Shown here piece by piece: positions 13,714 through 26,403 of a stretch of DNA of 64,000 nt. Numbering within the stretch: the first letter of the stretch is position 1; each line of letters opens with the position of its first letter. Both the position numbers and the translations under genes were made by a program. The notes beneath the pieces are model-generated. The model ran no database searches and was not told the origin of the DNA. It was given only the letters and a program-made list of their open reading frames with translations. Source of the stretch: Takakia lepidozioides (Eukaryota > Plantae > Bryophyta); assembly GCA_030704615.1 (NCBI GenBank), contig CM060733.1, positions 34,286,001-34,350,000 of the forward strand. The letters run 5' to 3'.

Positions 13714-14913
13714 ATGGCTCTCGAGGTGCTAACAGCTTTGGATAAGGCTAGAACACACTGGTATCATTTTACTGCTATCATCATTGCTGGCATGGGCTTC
13801 TTCACGGATGCATACGACCTGTTCTGCATCTCGACTGTCACAAACTTGCTGGGGAGGATCTACTACCCCAACCTACAGAGCTCTGAACCTGGAGTCTTGC
13901 TGCCCATCGTGAATGCTTCCGTTATTGTTGTGGCCTTGCTCGAGACTCTGGCTGGACAACTGTTCTTTGGGTGGCTCGGAGACAAGCTCGAGTGAAAGAG
14001 AGTCTATGGGATCACACTTCTGTTGATGATCGTATGTTCACTAGGCTCAGCCCTGTCGTTCGGTCACACACCCAAGACTGTCATGATCAGCCTTTGCTTC
14101 TTTCGGTTTTGGCTGGGCTTTGGGATTGGCGGTGACTACCCTCTCTCAGCCACCATCATGTCTGAGTATGCCAACACGCGGACCCGTGGGGCGTTTATCG
14201 CTGCAGTTTTTGCAATGCAGGGGTTTGGAATACTTTGCGGGGGCGGAGTGGCAATGATTGTCTCGGCATCCTTTAAAAGTCTTTATCCTAGTAAAGCTTA
14301 CGAAGTGGATTGAAATGGATCCACCCCTCAGGAATCAGATTGGGTCTGGCGCATAATCCTGGGGGTGGGAGCAATACCGACAACATTCACGCTCTACTAC
14401 CGAATGAAGATGCCAGAGACTGCACGTTACACAGCCTTAGTGAAGGGAGATGTGAAGCTAGCGGCCAAGAACATGAGTACAGTCTTGCAGATTCAATTCA
14501 AAGGTGAAGATGTCAACATCTCAAGAAAACAAGAGTACATGCTGTTCTCAAGAGAGTTTGTACGCAAGCACGGCATTCACCTCCTGGGTACTGCATCCTG
14601 CTGGTTTCTAGTTGACATTGCATTCTACAGCTCTAATCTGTTTCAAAAGGATGTGTTCACGGGTATCCACTGGCTTCCATCACGAGCGGGTATGAGTGCT
14701 TTGGAGGTGTTCAAAATCGCACGCGCGCAATGTCTCCTTGCGCTGCTCAACTGTGGCAGGCTACTGGTTCACAGTGTTTTGGGTTGACCGAGTAGGCAGA
14801 TTTGCCATCCAGTTGCAAGGCTTTGCATTCATGACTATCTTCATGGTCGCTCTCACAATCCCCTACGATTACTGGAAAAGGAAAAACATCATTGGTTTTG
14901 TGGTCCTCTATGC
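13714..14913 (+). pseudogene. PHT1: 5' part of a PHT1 phosphate transporter pseudogene
   Basis: [34 protein letters not shown] and the signature [13 protein letters not shown]. Stop at 13993-13995, frameshifts near 14310 and 14750. Homology ends at VVLYA, at the junction with a retroelement. Confidence 0.92.
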
Positions 14914-17070
14914 GGTGCCACAGGTATTGCCACCCAGCACACTTGGGAAGGTCGGGGCCTTGCCCACCCTCTTGGCCCCCTTGCTTACGAAGCTCTTCAA
15001 TGGGCAAAACTTGCTGCGCACTCCTCTCCTTCTGCGTCATCCTCACACACCAAATCACACCGAGCACCTCTCACCCTCTCCTAGGACTCCCAGAAGGGGT
15101 TAACTTACTTGCCACAATTGACCCAAACCAACTTAAATATATTCACACCTCTCATCTCCCCAAATACCTCAATCGGAAAGAACCCACCCTTACCCTGATG
15201 CTACACGTCCAAAACCCCCTTCATGCAGACAGATCGACACATTTCTTTCATCAACTAGAACAATTACTAACCAAAACCCATAAACTAAAGGCCACCATCC
15301 ATCACCCAACTGCCCTCCCTCACAACCACGCACCTGCCACACTGCCCCCGATTAGAACAAACAAAGTTTGGAACGTTGCGATACCACACCCCCCACATGT
15401 CGCGCCAACAACGCATCCCCCTCCAATCCCCGCAATATATCAACAAAACACCATCCCCAAATACCCACCGGCCAATTCACACTACATCAATGGATCCCTC
15501 ACCAAACCTAATGCAGAGTACGGTATCTATCACGCCAACACCGGTCAAGGCGTTGACCTCAGGCTCCCTGGACCTGCCACCAGCCTCAGGGCTGAACTCA
15601 TGGCCATTCACGATGCTCTTTCTTTACTCGACACTTTCCCCTCCCCATATTACATCTTCATTGACAGCCTTACCTCATTATTCCTCATCCGTAATCACAT
15701 CTCTCGCCCCTCTGCCCATCATCACCACCCCGACCGCAACCTTATTTCCGCTATTGTCCAGAGGGCCATTGCCATCAGCCACCCAGTCCATATACTCAAA
15801 GTCCATTCGCACACTGGCATTCATGGTAATGAAGAAGCAGACCTACTTGCCCAACTCGGCGCTTCCTACCCCATAGTTGTACCCAATGATGACCCTATCC
15901 ACATCGCCACACCCACCCTTTCTGGTTTATACACCCCATACCAAACCCCCCAGCACCCAGACCCATCCGTAACCTCCTGACCACTCTTACCCGAGAAGCA
16001 AATAAACAAGCTGCAGCCGCCATCAGCCACACCAAAGTACACATCCAAAAATGGATTCAATCAAGTGTATTGCACCATAAACTCTCAAATCATTTCTGGC
16101 TAACCAAACCTATTACTGACGCACAAATCCGACAAACACTCAAATTCAGATACGCCCAATACATGGGTCACCAGCGCAAACACATCTTCTGGCCGTATAT
16201 GTTCCCATCCCCATACTGTCCATTGTGCTCAACCTCTCACCAAGCTCGTGACACCTGGCCACATCTCCTCAGCCAATGTACGCACCCGATCATACACGGC
16301 CTTCATATCACGCGACACAACCAGGCAGTCTGGCATCTCCATAAGCTCTTTCTAAACCGTGCTGAAACCAGATGGTTCTCGCTTATAAACGCTGCCACCT
16401 ACCAAGGTCGGCCACCCAACCACACCGTGCCACCCTGGCTGCTACCATGCATATGTACCCGATCACCATGCTCATGCCCTGCCAGGCTTTGTCCGGACAT
16501 ACTCATTGTACAAGGCCTACCCATTAACACCCTACCCCCCACCTCACCATCCCCACAATTCACCATCCATTTCATTGAATTCACATTTTGTCACGATCGC
16601 TACCCCAAAGATTCGATTTTAGAAAAACGTCAAAAATATGCCCCGCTTATCCTTGCAATCCGACGATATGGCTGGAAAACTGGCCCATTAACCGTCATCA
16701 CCGCCGGTACTCGAGGCGGCATTCATAACGCCAATATCAATGACATACATAATAACTTCAATATTCCCACTTTTCCCATCCACAAATGTTTTTAAGCAAT
16801 GCACCTCACGGCACTCCGTTCACTCACAACTATTATCACCAACAAACACCAATTGGAATCCGGCACTTCAAATGCACCATAGGTCCCCCAGGGTATCCCT
16901 TGGGTACCTAGGGGTACACAGACTCCCCTACTTTCTACTGTCAATTGGTGTCCCATATGACACCTTTCCTTTTATAGGGCCCACCCCCGAAAGGGGGCAG
17001 TAGCCACAAGGTGAAGTGGCTCTTAGTTACGTCGGCTTCGGCCGGAGTCTTCTCTCTCTCTCTCTCTCTT
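14914..17070 (+). mobile_element. 5'-truncated non-LTR retrotransposon with RNase H, CCHC and restriction-like endonuclease (Dualen/RandI-like), ending in (CT)n
   Basis: RNase H motifs (RAELMAI, DSLTSL, KVHSHTGIHGNEEADLLA) in ORF 14892-15980. CPLC..HLLSQC, RHN and PDI...IEFTFC...K..KY in ORF 16070-16795. (CT)n tail at 17051-17070. Confidence 0.75.
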
Positions 17071-17591
17071 AAAACAACATGCCCGAGCAAGTTAGAACAA
17101 GGAATGCCCTAGAGCATATGATTGATACAATTTGCATGACAATAAGCAATTCATAGAGCATATCCTTGACACAATCTACATGACAGTAAGTAGTTTATGT
17201 TAAGCAATGGAAGAAGGGAATAAAACAAAGAAAACATGTGACATACATGCGGTGGTAGTTGTCTGAAACCATGTTTGCGCACATGATCCTTGACACTAGG
17301 AGCGTAGGCAAGTTGTTCCAAATATGACCATATGACTCCCATCAGCCCATTGTCAACAGGTCCCGTAAATTATACTTAGATGCTTTCACCTTTGATTTAT
17401 TGAGCATTTGGTACACGAAGGAATGTCGTATGACCACATCCCTCGATAAATCAACCTACTTGTTCACACCACTTTGACAACGTGGGTGTCAACAACGTAG
17501 GTGGTGCCACTGAGGCAAACAACACCAACAAGGTAACAACAACGTTGGTGATATTGGCACAACCTAATTTTTTATCAAGTATATATATATA

Positions 17592-19570
17592 TACCCATAT
17601 TTCATTAGATATAACATTAGGGCCCAATGAAGGAGAGATCAAGATCGCAGTCCCTCCTGTGGAGTCAGTGATCGTGGGGTTCCAGAAAGCAAAGTTGGAA
17701 GGTCAAATAGAAGCATCTAGAGAAGCAATTTTCGCGGGGTCCAGTTTGTGCTCTTGAAGAAAAATTAGAGAGGATTTATTGATGAAGTGAGAGGCCCAAC
17801 ATCTGATTCTTGCCCTTTTTGGGGCCGAGTGATCAGACCCAATGCCTCGTATATTCCAAGAAGTTAGGGATAAATTCATGGAACAGAGGGGTTAAGGCCC
17901 GCGGTGACAACGCGATTTGATGGCCAGGTAGGTAAAAAACGGAATTTTGTCATTTTGTCAGAAGACTGCAACATATAGATCCATTGAAAGCCAGCAGGTG
18001 GGGGGAGTGCAGCCTGTAGGTTCTAGATAAAAACCTTTCGGACTTCTTTCTCTTGCTAATGCACCCCATTTCCAAAAATTGGTTTCTGCTGTCTGTCATA
18101 ACTGATAGTCCAGACAATTGGAGATCCCAAGAAAGCAATGAAGAGAGAAAGTCAAGTGACAAGCGGGAGAACAGGGGCATCAGAGAGTCACACCAGGCAG
18201 GTAGGGTTCTAAGACCCAGAGGAAGGTGCTCAAATACCAAGGTCCAACCACGTTTTTTGTTGGCAACATCAGGAACAAATAAAAAGAGGGGGGAGTCCAT
18301 TGTCTCCTCGGGCTGCTTCATTTTCTTCAAAACTGTTGTGTGCCCCGTTGGAGGAGTGCAACATGTCTGCCTCATTGACGATTTCTCTACTTTTTGGCTG
18401 GACTTCAGTGGGGATGTGGTGATCTTCCTGTGGTGCTTGAACTGCTGGACCCTTGAGCTTCTGCAGACCGGTGAGTTCAGTCACCATGCGTTGCCCTTCC
18501 TCCAGAATTAAGGAGCTGCGAGCCCAGGTGTTGGGATCATTCACCCTGCAGGACAGGCCAAATCCATCTGCCCATAAACCCTTGAGAGGTTTGACCGATA
18601 GCTTCAGATCATTGGCGTGAAAGATGGGAAGCACATGTACGATTGCCAGATTGAGCAGGATTGTTCTCCACCATATAACCTATGTTGAGAATTTGAGGAA
18701 GGGAGATGGAGATTTGGGGAAAAACCTCCCTGAGAATTTGAGCCGTGAGGCGCAAAGTAATTTCTTTTTCATTCCCAACGCCCAAATCTTTGGCCATCAA
18801 TTCTGTGACCCAAGCAGAGCGGAACCCTTCCCCTTCGTTCGACACACAAAAGTTTGTGTAGTCGTCAAAAAAGGTGTAGTCGAGAGCCTGGTCACACAGA
18901 TAGCTGCCCTGTCCCTTGCGTACGGCGAAGCATGGGCCCAGCCTGTTAGCGGTCTTCTTGAGAAAGAGTGCAGCTCGAGGAAGAAGATAGCGAGACTGGT
19001 GCTATCCAAAAGTGCAGCTTCTCCTATGAAAAAGAAAACGAAGCCCATTTGTCCTTTATGATTACAAGATGGAGATCGTATGGCCGATTAGGATGGAGCC
19101 ACTTGGTGGAGTCCTCACTGTGTTTCTTTTTTTTGGAAGACTGACCCGGCTGGAAACCTCCTTCGTCGTGTTCCAAGGAAACAGTAACCGCTGCTGCATC
19201 AAACGAAGAGCCCGCTTTAGTATTTGACGAAAGAGGAGGTTTGGGGGCCTCAAAGTCGAGCGGCTTGGATCGTTTAGGGCAGTTGGAACGCAGGTGACCT
19301 TCTCTGTTACAGAGCAGGTTGCAAAGATTAGCTCCTCTTTGATCGCTACGATGATGAAAGAATCGTCGAGGGTAGGAAGCTTGATTGAGGGCCAATGGTC
19401 TCATTCTCCGGCATGAGGACCACTAACTTAGGGACCCTCCATCTTTGTAGAAGTCAATGTTTGCCGCTTCATTATCCACACTCCTTATGTTGTCCTACAT
19501 CGGCTCAAAAACGTTCAGTGAGCCCATGAAGGTGGTGCCTATTTCAGGGAGGGAGGACAGATAAGTAACC
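17592..19570 (-). mobile_element. Internal fragment of an L1-like LINE (ORF1 zinc knuckle to start of APE), same family as 48.4-55 kb
   Basis: CNLLCNREGHLRSNC knuckle, shared motif FLELHSFSRRPL.GW, and APE start MNLSLTSWNIRGIGSDHSAPKRARI at ~17879. Confidence 0.85.
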
Positions 19571-19882
19571 GGAAGGAAGGGACGGCTTTATACGCCAAAA
19601 AATATATATGTGTATCGCCGTTTTGGATGAAACGGGCCCTTTTTTATTTATTTTTATTTATTTGAAACAGGGGTAATGGCCCTGACCACTTTATTTGGAA
19701 TTATTTGAAGGGAAAAAATTAAACCCTTTACATGCCCGAAGTCTGCCATGAGGCCTAACACACGATAAGTTGTGAAGGGGAATCCTGGGAACAGCCATTT
19801 CTAGGCTAAGCAAATATGGGGCTTTACACACCGCGTAACCCTTGTTTATTTATTTTAAAAACGACAAAATGGCGGTGGTTAA

Positions 19883-20703
19883 CCCTTAAGTTCCCAAGCG
19901 ACCTGAATCGGGTCACTTTGAATTCGCACTTCGACCTAATTTTTGCAGATCTAATCTGATGGGGCCCACTCCTGAAGCTTTAATGACAAGGGATTTATCT
20001 TGAGTATGATACAAAAAACAAAAAAACAAAAAAAAAATCTAGGACCTACAAAAAATATCTTAGATCTCTCATTTACGTTTTGGGGCCTGAAAAGGGCTTG
20101 TTGATCGCTGACGTGGCAGGTAAACAAGCCCAAAACAGATTGCACTCCAAAGGCCATTTTTGGCAGAAAATTAGCAATTTTGGAAAAGACACTTCACCTT
20201 GTGGTGTGTGAGCATTACATACACACATCCACTGTTGGCTTTTAAATTTTTTGTAAAAACAAAAGTACTTCATTTGGAGGCACATTTTCTGTTGTCAATT
20301 TTGAGATTTCAACCCCCATGTAATTGCACGCAAAGCAAGCATAGGTGAAAAAATCAGTTGGACCTGCAATTTAGTGGGGTCATAGCCACTCCACTATTGA
20401 TTTGGAAATGGTGGGTCTTGGGGCAAGCAAAATTGGATAAAGCTAGGTTTTGATTTGGTCAAACTTATTTCTTTCTCTGTTTTCTTTGGGACATGATATT
20501 TGAGGTCCGGGCCAACGCTATAATCTCACAATTTCCACGGTGGACTTGGCTCATTTTTTGGTATGTGATGCCTAAATGAGCTGGTCCCATTGCTATAAGG
20601 CTGGAATCTCGGGATGATTTTTGGTAGGTTTCTAGGGGAAATTTACTGCAGCTGGGTACCCAAATTTGGTAAAAAGTCAAAAACGGGCTTGGGAACTTAA
20701 GGG
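19883..20703. mobile_element. piggyBac-like non-autonomous element (821 bp)
   Basis: Perfect 17-bp TIR CCCTTAAGTTCCCAAGC, with TTAA on both flanks (19879-19882 and 20704-20707). Confidence 0.8.
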
Positions 20704-20944
20704 TTAACAACTAATCTGGGTTAGGCTGCTAATCGCTGGGTAGTTAAAGCTGGGTTAGGGTAAGGTGGAGGGTTGTGCAGGAAAGTGCAGACAAAGAGGC
20801 AAGCGCAGGGAGAGAGAGATAGAGAGTCTGGGCAGTGTGAGGGCGCATTGTGGGTGTGCAATCGAGCATTCTTTGAGCAGATCGGGTGGTGTTGTGGCGT
20901 GTAGACCGTGAGTGTGAAGTGGAGCACAAGTTGCAGAGACAGAT

Positions 20945-22544
20945 ATGGCCGGAGTGGGACCGTTGACGCAGGACTGGGAGCCGGTGGTGATTCGAAAGAA
21001 GGCGCCCAACGCAGCGGCCAAGAAGGACGATAAAGCTGTTAATGCAGCACGGCGGGCGGGGGGTCCTATCGAGACTATCAAGAAATGTGCTTCTTCATAC
21101 CACTGAGTCCACCTCGTCTTGTGGCTTTTATGGGTTCTCTTTCTCAGAGGATGCTTAGGTCTGCGATTTGCTGTAGCTTCCGTTGTTCTCGTTGAGTTTC
21201 CGTAGTATGTCGGCGCCAGCGTGAGGAGATCGTTTTGTTGGATGTCAAGTCTGGGTGACTATGTAAATTGTGGCGTTACAGCGTGTTCTTCTTTTACAGT
21301 GAACACTCCTCCAGGATTCCAATTTCTATAGAGAATTGGAGGATCTTGAGCTATTGCTCATGAGCAAAGATGTGTGCACCTTTTGTTATGCTAGGGTTTG
21401 TCATGAGAGATCAAGGTTTTGTGCTGGGGTTACAGTCAGTAATCCGATGAGCTTCTCACAAACCTCCGTGAAGGAACATGGAGAAGAATTGAAGCTACCC
21501 TGTCCATGAATAAACTGGCAGCTGGCCTACGGGGGCTGCAGCAATCCCTGAGTGAAGGTTGCTCTACAAGGGAACCGACTACCCCAGACAGATGACCAGC
21601 TTACTATAAGCGATGGAAGAAGCAGCATAGGGTCTAGCATATTCCAGCAGTCCTAAGCCTCGATCCATCAATTCACTAGGCAGAGGGGTGGGTGCAGTCA
21701 ATGCAGGATCGAACAAGGCAGCTACGAGCGCCACGGGTCTGAACACAAAAAAGTTGGACGATGAAACAGAAGTCCTTGCACGTGAGTGATTCCTGCCTGT
21801 ATGCCGTTCTTCTTGTCCCTGCTTCTTGTCCCCTTTTCTTCAGGGTTGTTAAGCACATTGACAAGCAATCCCCTCTTTCTCTCTCAATAAGGAAATGGAC
21901 TCAGGCTATTACTTGTTACGGGGGTGCTGGTTTTCCAATGTCACAGATGAACGAGTGTCTTCAGATCTAAAGAAGAACATAATGCAGGCCCGCTTGGATA
22001 AGAAACTCACTCAAGCTCAACTTGCTCAGGTATATATCCCTACTCTCTTATGAAACAGTGCATTGAGTAAGCACTTTGGTTTTATCAATATCTACTTCCA
22101 TACTTTTCCTAAACAGTTGATAGTACATAATGTGGCTCGAATCAAACTGGCTTATTTGAATTCAGTCCCTCCTGCTATCTTGTCATGTGAGGAGATTGCC
22201 TTGGTTGGGGTTGGCAGCTCTTTCACCTTATTTGGTTGGCTTGGTTGCTTTATCCTGCAAGAGCTCCATGTTGCGGATCTCAAGGATGCAGGCCTCTCTT
22301 CAGTAGTTAAAGTTCAAGTATGATAGATGTTACAGGGTTGACCCATTGTTGAGCTCATATGTGCAGCTGAAATGTGGTTTGCTTCGTGAAAGTTAACATT
22401 CATTGCATGTATCTGTTGCAGCAAATCAATGAAAAGCCACAAATCATTCAGGAGTACGAGTCTGGAAAAGCAATTCCCAACAACCAAATTATTACAAAAT
22501 TGGAGCGTGTCCTTGGGGTGAAACTGAGAGGCGGCAAGAAATAA
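20945..22544 (+). CDS. MBF1: Multiprotein bridging factor 1 (MBF1a/b-like), 4 exons, 143 aa
   Basis: Exons 20945-21086, 21698-21781, 21947-22029 and 22422-22544 splice in frame to [19 protein letters not shown]...[10 protein letters not shown]...[48 protein letters not shown]. Confidence 0.96.
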
Positions 22545-23849
22545 ACAGTTGTGTACAGATATTTGCACATGCTTTGCAAACTTGTCTTAATTGTTTGGCC
22601 GTTCAGTGCTTGAGCTTTGTTTTCAGTTATGGCTCAACAAAAGCAACTTGCAAGCAGAGAAATGCAACAATAGGAATAGTGGTGATTTTTATGTGAAAAG
22701 AGGCTGTCTTGGAGCCCTTGTGGTGTGTCACTCTTTGTCAGACAGTTCGAAGTAGTGCACACCTACTGGATAGATCCTCATAGTTGTAAATCTTTATACT
22801 TGCTTGGACTTTGGGAGGCATTTCAATCATCAATTGATTGTGCCATTATGGGGAGATATGTTGTCACTGACACCTGATTTCTCACACATGATTGCATTCT
22901 CATGAGGTTGTCCTTGTTACTATTTTGGCTTTCACTAGTGACAAAGATTAGGGCCAGGTTGCGATGTTTCCTTGTTAATCTAACTTTGTGGTGAGTGTTG
23001 GAGCTTGAATGAAACTGTTGACTATCTCATGCATGTGAAATACTTTGGCCCTATGGGGTATGCTAGGCTTTTATCTAAACTTTGAGAAAGAGGGTATGTT
23101 ATGTGAGTGAGAGGAAAGGCCCTATGCTACCATCATAACAGGCTGTTGGGAGATGTGCTCGACAGGCAAAAGTCAGGGAAACATGTAAGTTGCTCTTTTG
23201 GAGGGTTGTGGATGTGAAATTAAGTGAGTTCAGCAGGCATGATGTGTGATATCAGTTTTTTGTCTGTAGCAAGGCCCAGCTCCCTGTGGCCCCATTCTAT
23301 CTGCTGATATCTAGTTGTTTCTGACATGCAGTATGCAACCATCACTCTGCAATGTGCCATATGTACTATTGAGTATCTCAGGCCACCTACATCCAGACCA
23401 TCTGCTCCAATACTACACAGGCACAGCATCTTGTACACCACTCCTTGTGTATCTTCTTGCTTAGTGACATGGGAAAAGCAGGCCAATAAAAAAATGACCA
23501 TTAGGCAGTGGAAGGGGGGGGCATGGAAACGTCCATGAAATCAGAGACCTCAATATACTCCATGGCTCTGGAGGCAGCAGGGGCCCAAGAAAATCTTGTA
23601 AGCTTTGGTGGTTTTGTGCACTTATATGTGAATGCACAAAGGAACCAGTTGAAACGGGCAACTGCCTGCAGTGATATCGCAAAGGGTTGCGCACAATGTG
23701 CTCCACTTCTACCTAAACAAAGCCATTGCAGTTACCTTGTATATTTGGGAGACGTTTGTCTTCTCGTCAGGCCCTTGCTTGCTGGAAAGACAGAAGCTTT
23801 CTTCCAAGCTTGAGGACGACGTAGGCACCGGGAAGTCGACAGCTTGAGA

Positions 23850-25010
23850 CCTCCGTTGGCGTTCTCTAGCAGCATAACTCAAAGCTCTCAGCGCTTCCCC
23901 CTCATTGAAAACACACCTAAGTATGGCAAATTTGTGACAACTTTTGAGTTTCTAAAGGGAATTGAAGTGGGGAGTTGGCGTACAGTGGAGGAGAAGAGGA
24001 GGTAAAAGAGACTAGAAATATGGAACAGCAAATGGTGATAATACACATCTGCGTGATCCTTGAGATCCATGACCTTTCCCATAGTGAGGAGCTGGGTGGT
24101 GCAATGGTAAATGGACCAGAGAGCCTAGCCTAGTGTGATGTAGAAGAGGTTAGAAGCTCTGATGTATGAGTAAGCAATGACCTTCAGCGACCTGCATAAA
24201 CCATGATGTTAGGATATTGCAGAGCTTCCTCTCCGCCATTTTCATAGAGTAGTATGTAGAATTCCGACGGTCTGTAGGCTGGGGCAATGCTAACTCCTTA
24301 ATTGCAAAATCAATGGGCATTGCTGACTTCACATCAAACAGATTTTCCTTCAGTGAACACTGTTTATTGATTCCACAGGGGTCTGTATACAATGCAGTAA
24401 CCAGCCCCGGCTAGAGGGGTGCCATCCCAATATTTACATGGTTGATCACAGAAACAAAACCCATAATTATTTCAGAACAGCCTTGGGCACAAAAATCTCC
24501 TTGTAAAGTTTGATTTGTCAACTCAACTTGAAAGCCAGGGCTCCCTCACTAGCCAAGAAGAAGGGAGCAGCCCCAGAAAACGAAACCGGAAACAGGAATC
24601 TCCCAAGGAGGGAGGGAATTTCGTCAACATGTTAACGTGCGAACCAGCAAACTGGTCACGATACTAGTGTGTTGAAAGCTCCTCACGTTTGATGATTGAG
24701 TGGGGACCTGTCCAGAGAATCTATAATTTGAGACCAGTTTCGTGCAAGTAGTGATCCATAGAGGAATTGATCCACCCAAGCTGACATTCATGAGCAAAAG
24801 CAATTGAATACAGAAAGGTTTGGAAGAGTACCGAGGACCTCTGGAATTGGACCAGAGAGGCAATTGCTTGAGAGGGCCAAAAGTCCAAGGCTGTGCAATT
24901 TCCAACGGATGAAGGAAAGCTGTTTGTAGATTTTTTGAAAGAAAGATCCAAGAGCCACTAACATTGTTGGTCCAGACAGAGAAGTACATACCCACATGTT
25001 ACAGGAATAG
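23850..25010 (-). pseudogene. Highly degraded LRR receptor-like kinase remnant
   Basis: Plant LRR fragments in different frames (LSSNCLSGPIPEVLG, SVGNCTAL, LGGSIP, FSGQVP) and weak kinase-like ENLFD...IDF. No long ORF. Confidence 0.45.
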
Positions 25011-25805
25011 ATTCTCTACCGGGGCTTTGTATGACACATGTTCTGTTTCTCTGAGCCTCTTTTTGATGAATAGGTTCCATGCCCTGAACTGTTAGCTCCA
25101 GAACATGACATTCCATATCAGAGCGAACACATACCTTCAGGGAACCGTAGCTTATGACCACAATTCACCTCCTCGACTACATCTCAGATTTTTGCAGTGG
25201 TCGAAGTGGGTTGCCGGTACATGTCTGTCTCTCATATCAACGAGGGGCAAAATGAAAAGTGACCTCAGAATGCACCTGAATGAAACGAATTTTCAATGTA
25301 AAGTATTTGATTTCAACATGCCCACAAATGAAACACTAAAAACTGACATAGCACAACATCTATCAAAATTAATCGGTGTGCCATGATTCAATTACATCTA
25401 TGTCTATGCCATGCAACAAATTGATAATTCATTGTGTAGTGTATTTGCGATTGCATATGCCACAGATAATAGCATTAGGAGTCAATCTGACAGATATCGA
25501 TACACACTATCTGCCATGAGAACCCATTTAAGAGATTGCATAAACGACCGAAAGATGGATCTGTTTCCTAAACAACATTCATAATCCAAATCTTTTTGAG
25601 GTATGAAAACAAAACCCAGTTGATCTTTTCATAAAACTTGAATAAAACTTAAAACTTGAAACCCCGTCAACAAATTAACAATTCATCATATGCTGTATTT
25701 TTCACATTCAAAGCGCAGCCCTACTTTATCTGAAAGAAAAACATTGCTCACAAATCAGGACCAATATCATGACTTGGTGGCATTCAGAGTCCTTCATATT
25801 ATTCG

Positions 25806-25890
25806 CGCACTAGAGCAGGTAGCCTAGTGGTTGGGAGTTTGTGCATTGTCTGCGCATAACCTAGGTGATCTAGGGTACAAAGTGTCCACT
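25806..25890 (+). repeat. Short dispersed repeat with a second copy at ~31446-31530; possibly SINE-derived
   Basis: Shared gcactagagca.gtagcc...tggttgggagtttgtgc.ttg.ctg.gcataa.cta.gtga.ctag. Confidence 0.5.
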
Positions 25891-26403
25891 TTTAAGTTTT
25901 CAAGGGAAAGCCGTAGCATAATTTTCATTTCCGTCGGGAGGCGACATAATTTTTCTTAAAAATATTTTCCAGCTGAGCTATCATATAGAGGTAATTTATT
26001 ACCATAAATGTTGTTGTAACTTGATCTCCCGGGGCTAGAAGTCTGCAGCCATGATGAACACATACACATAAATAATGTTACAATATATCATAAGACTACA
26101 TGACTACAAGAGATTGCACTATACAAATGATTTAAATTTACATACACAGTTCTAGTACATTCCATATAATTCATCCAATTAACCAAGTCTACAATGTTTT
26201 TTCTATTTCACCCACTGACTCTGACCCTACCTACCCCCACCCAACTTACAAGAGTCGAGAAAAAGATCAATTGATTTGGAATGTGGTAGTTTGAGACCTT
26301 TCTGGTTTCGGCATCATGCATGAAATACCTTACCTATTTGAAGAAATATACAAAAATTAAGTTAGAGTTACTACAATCCGAGATTTTTTGATCTATAACG
26401 CAT

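Noticed and set aside
25990-26335. Further exons of the EXO-CUB gene toward a transmembrane or kinase domain
   Set aside because: The candidate acceptors I tried all reach stops within about 20 codons, so linkage to the kinase remnant is unsupported.
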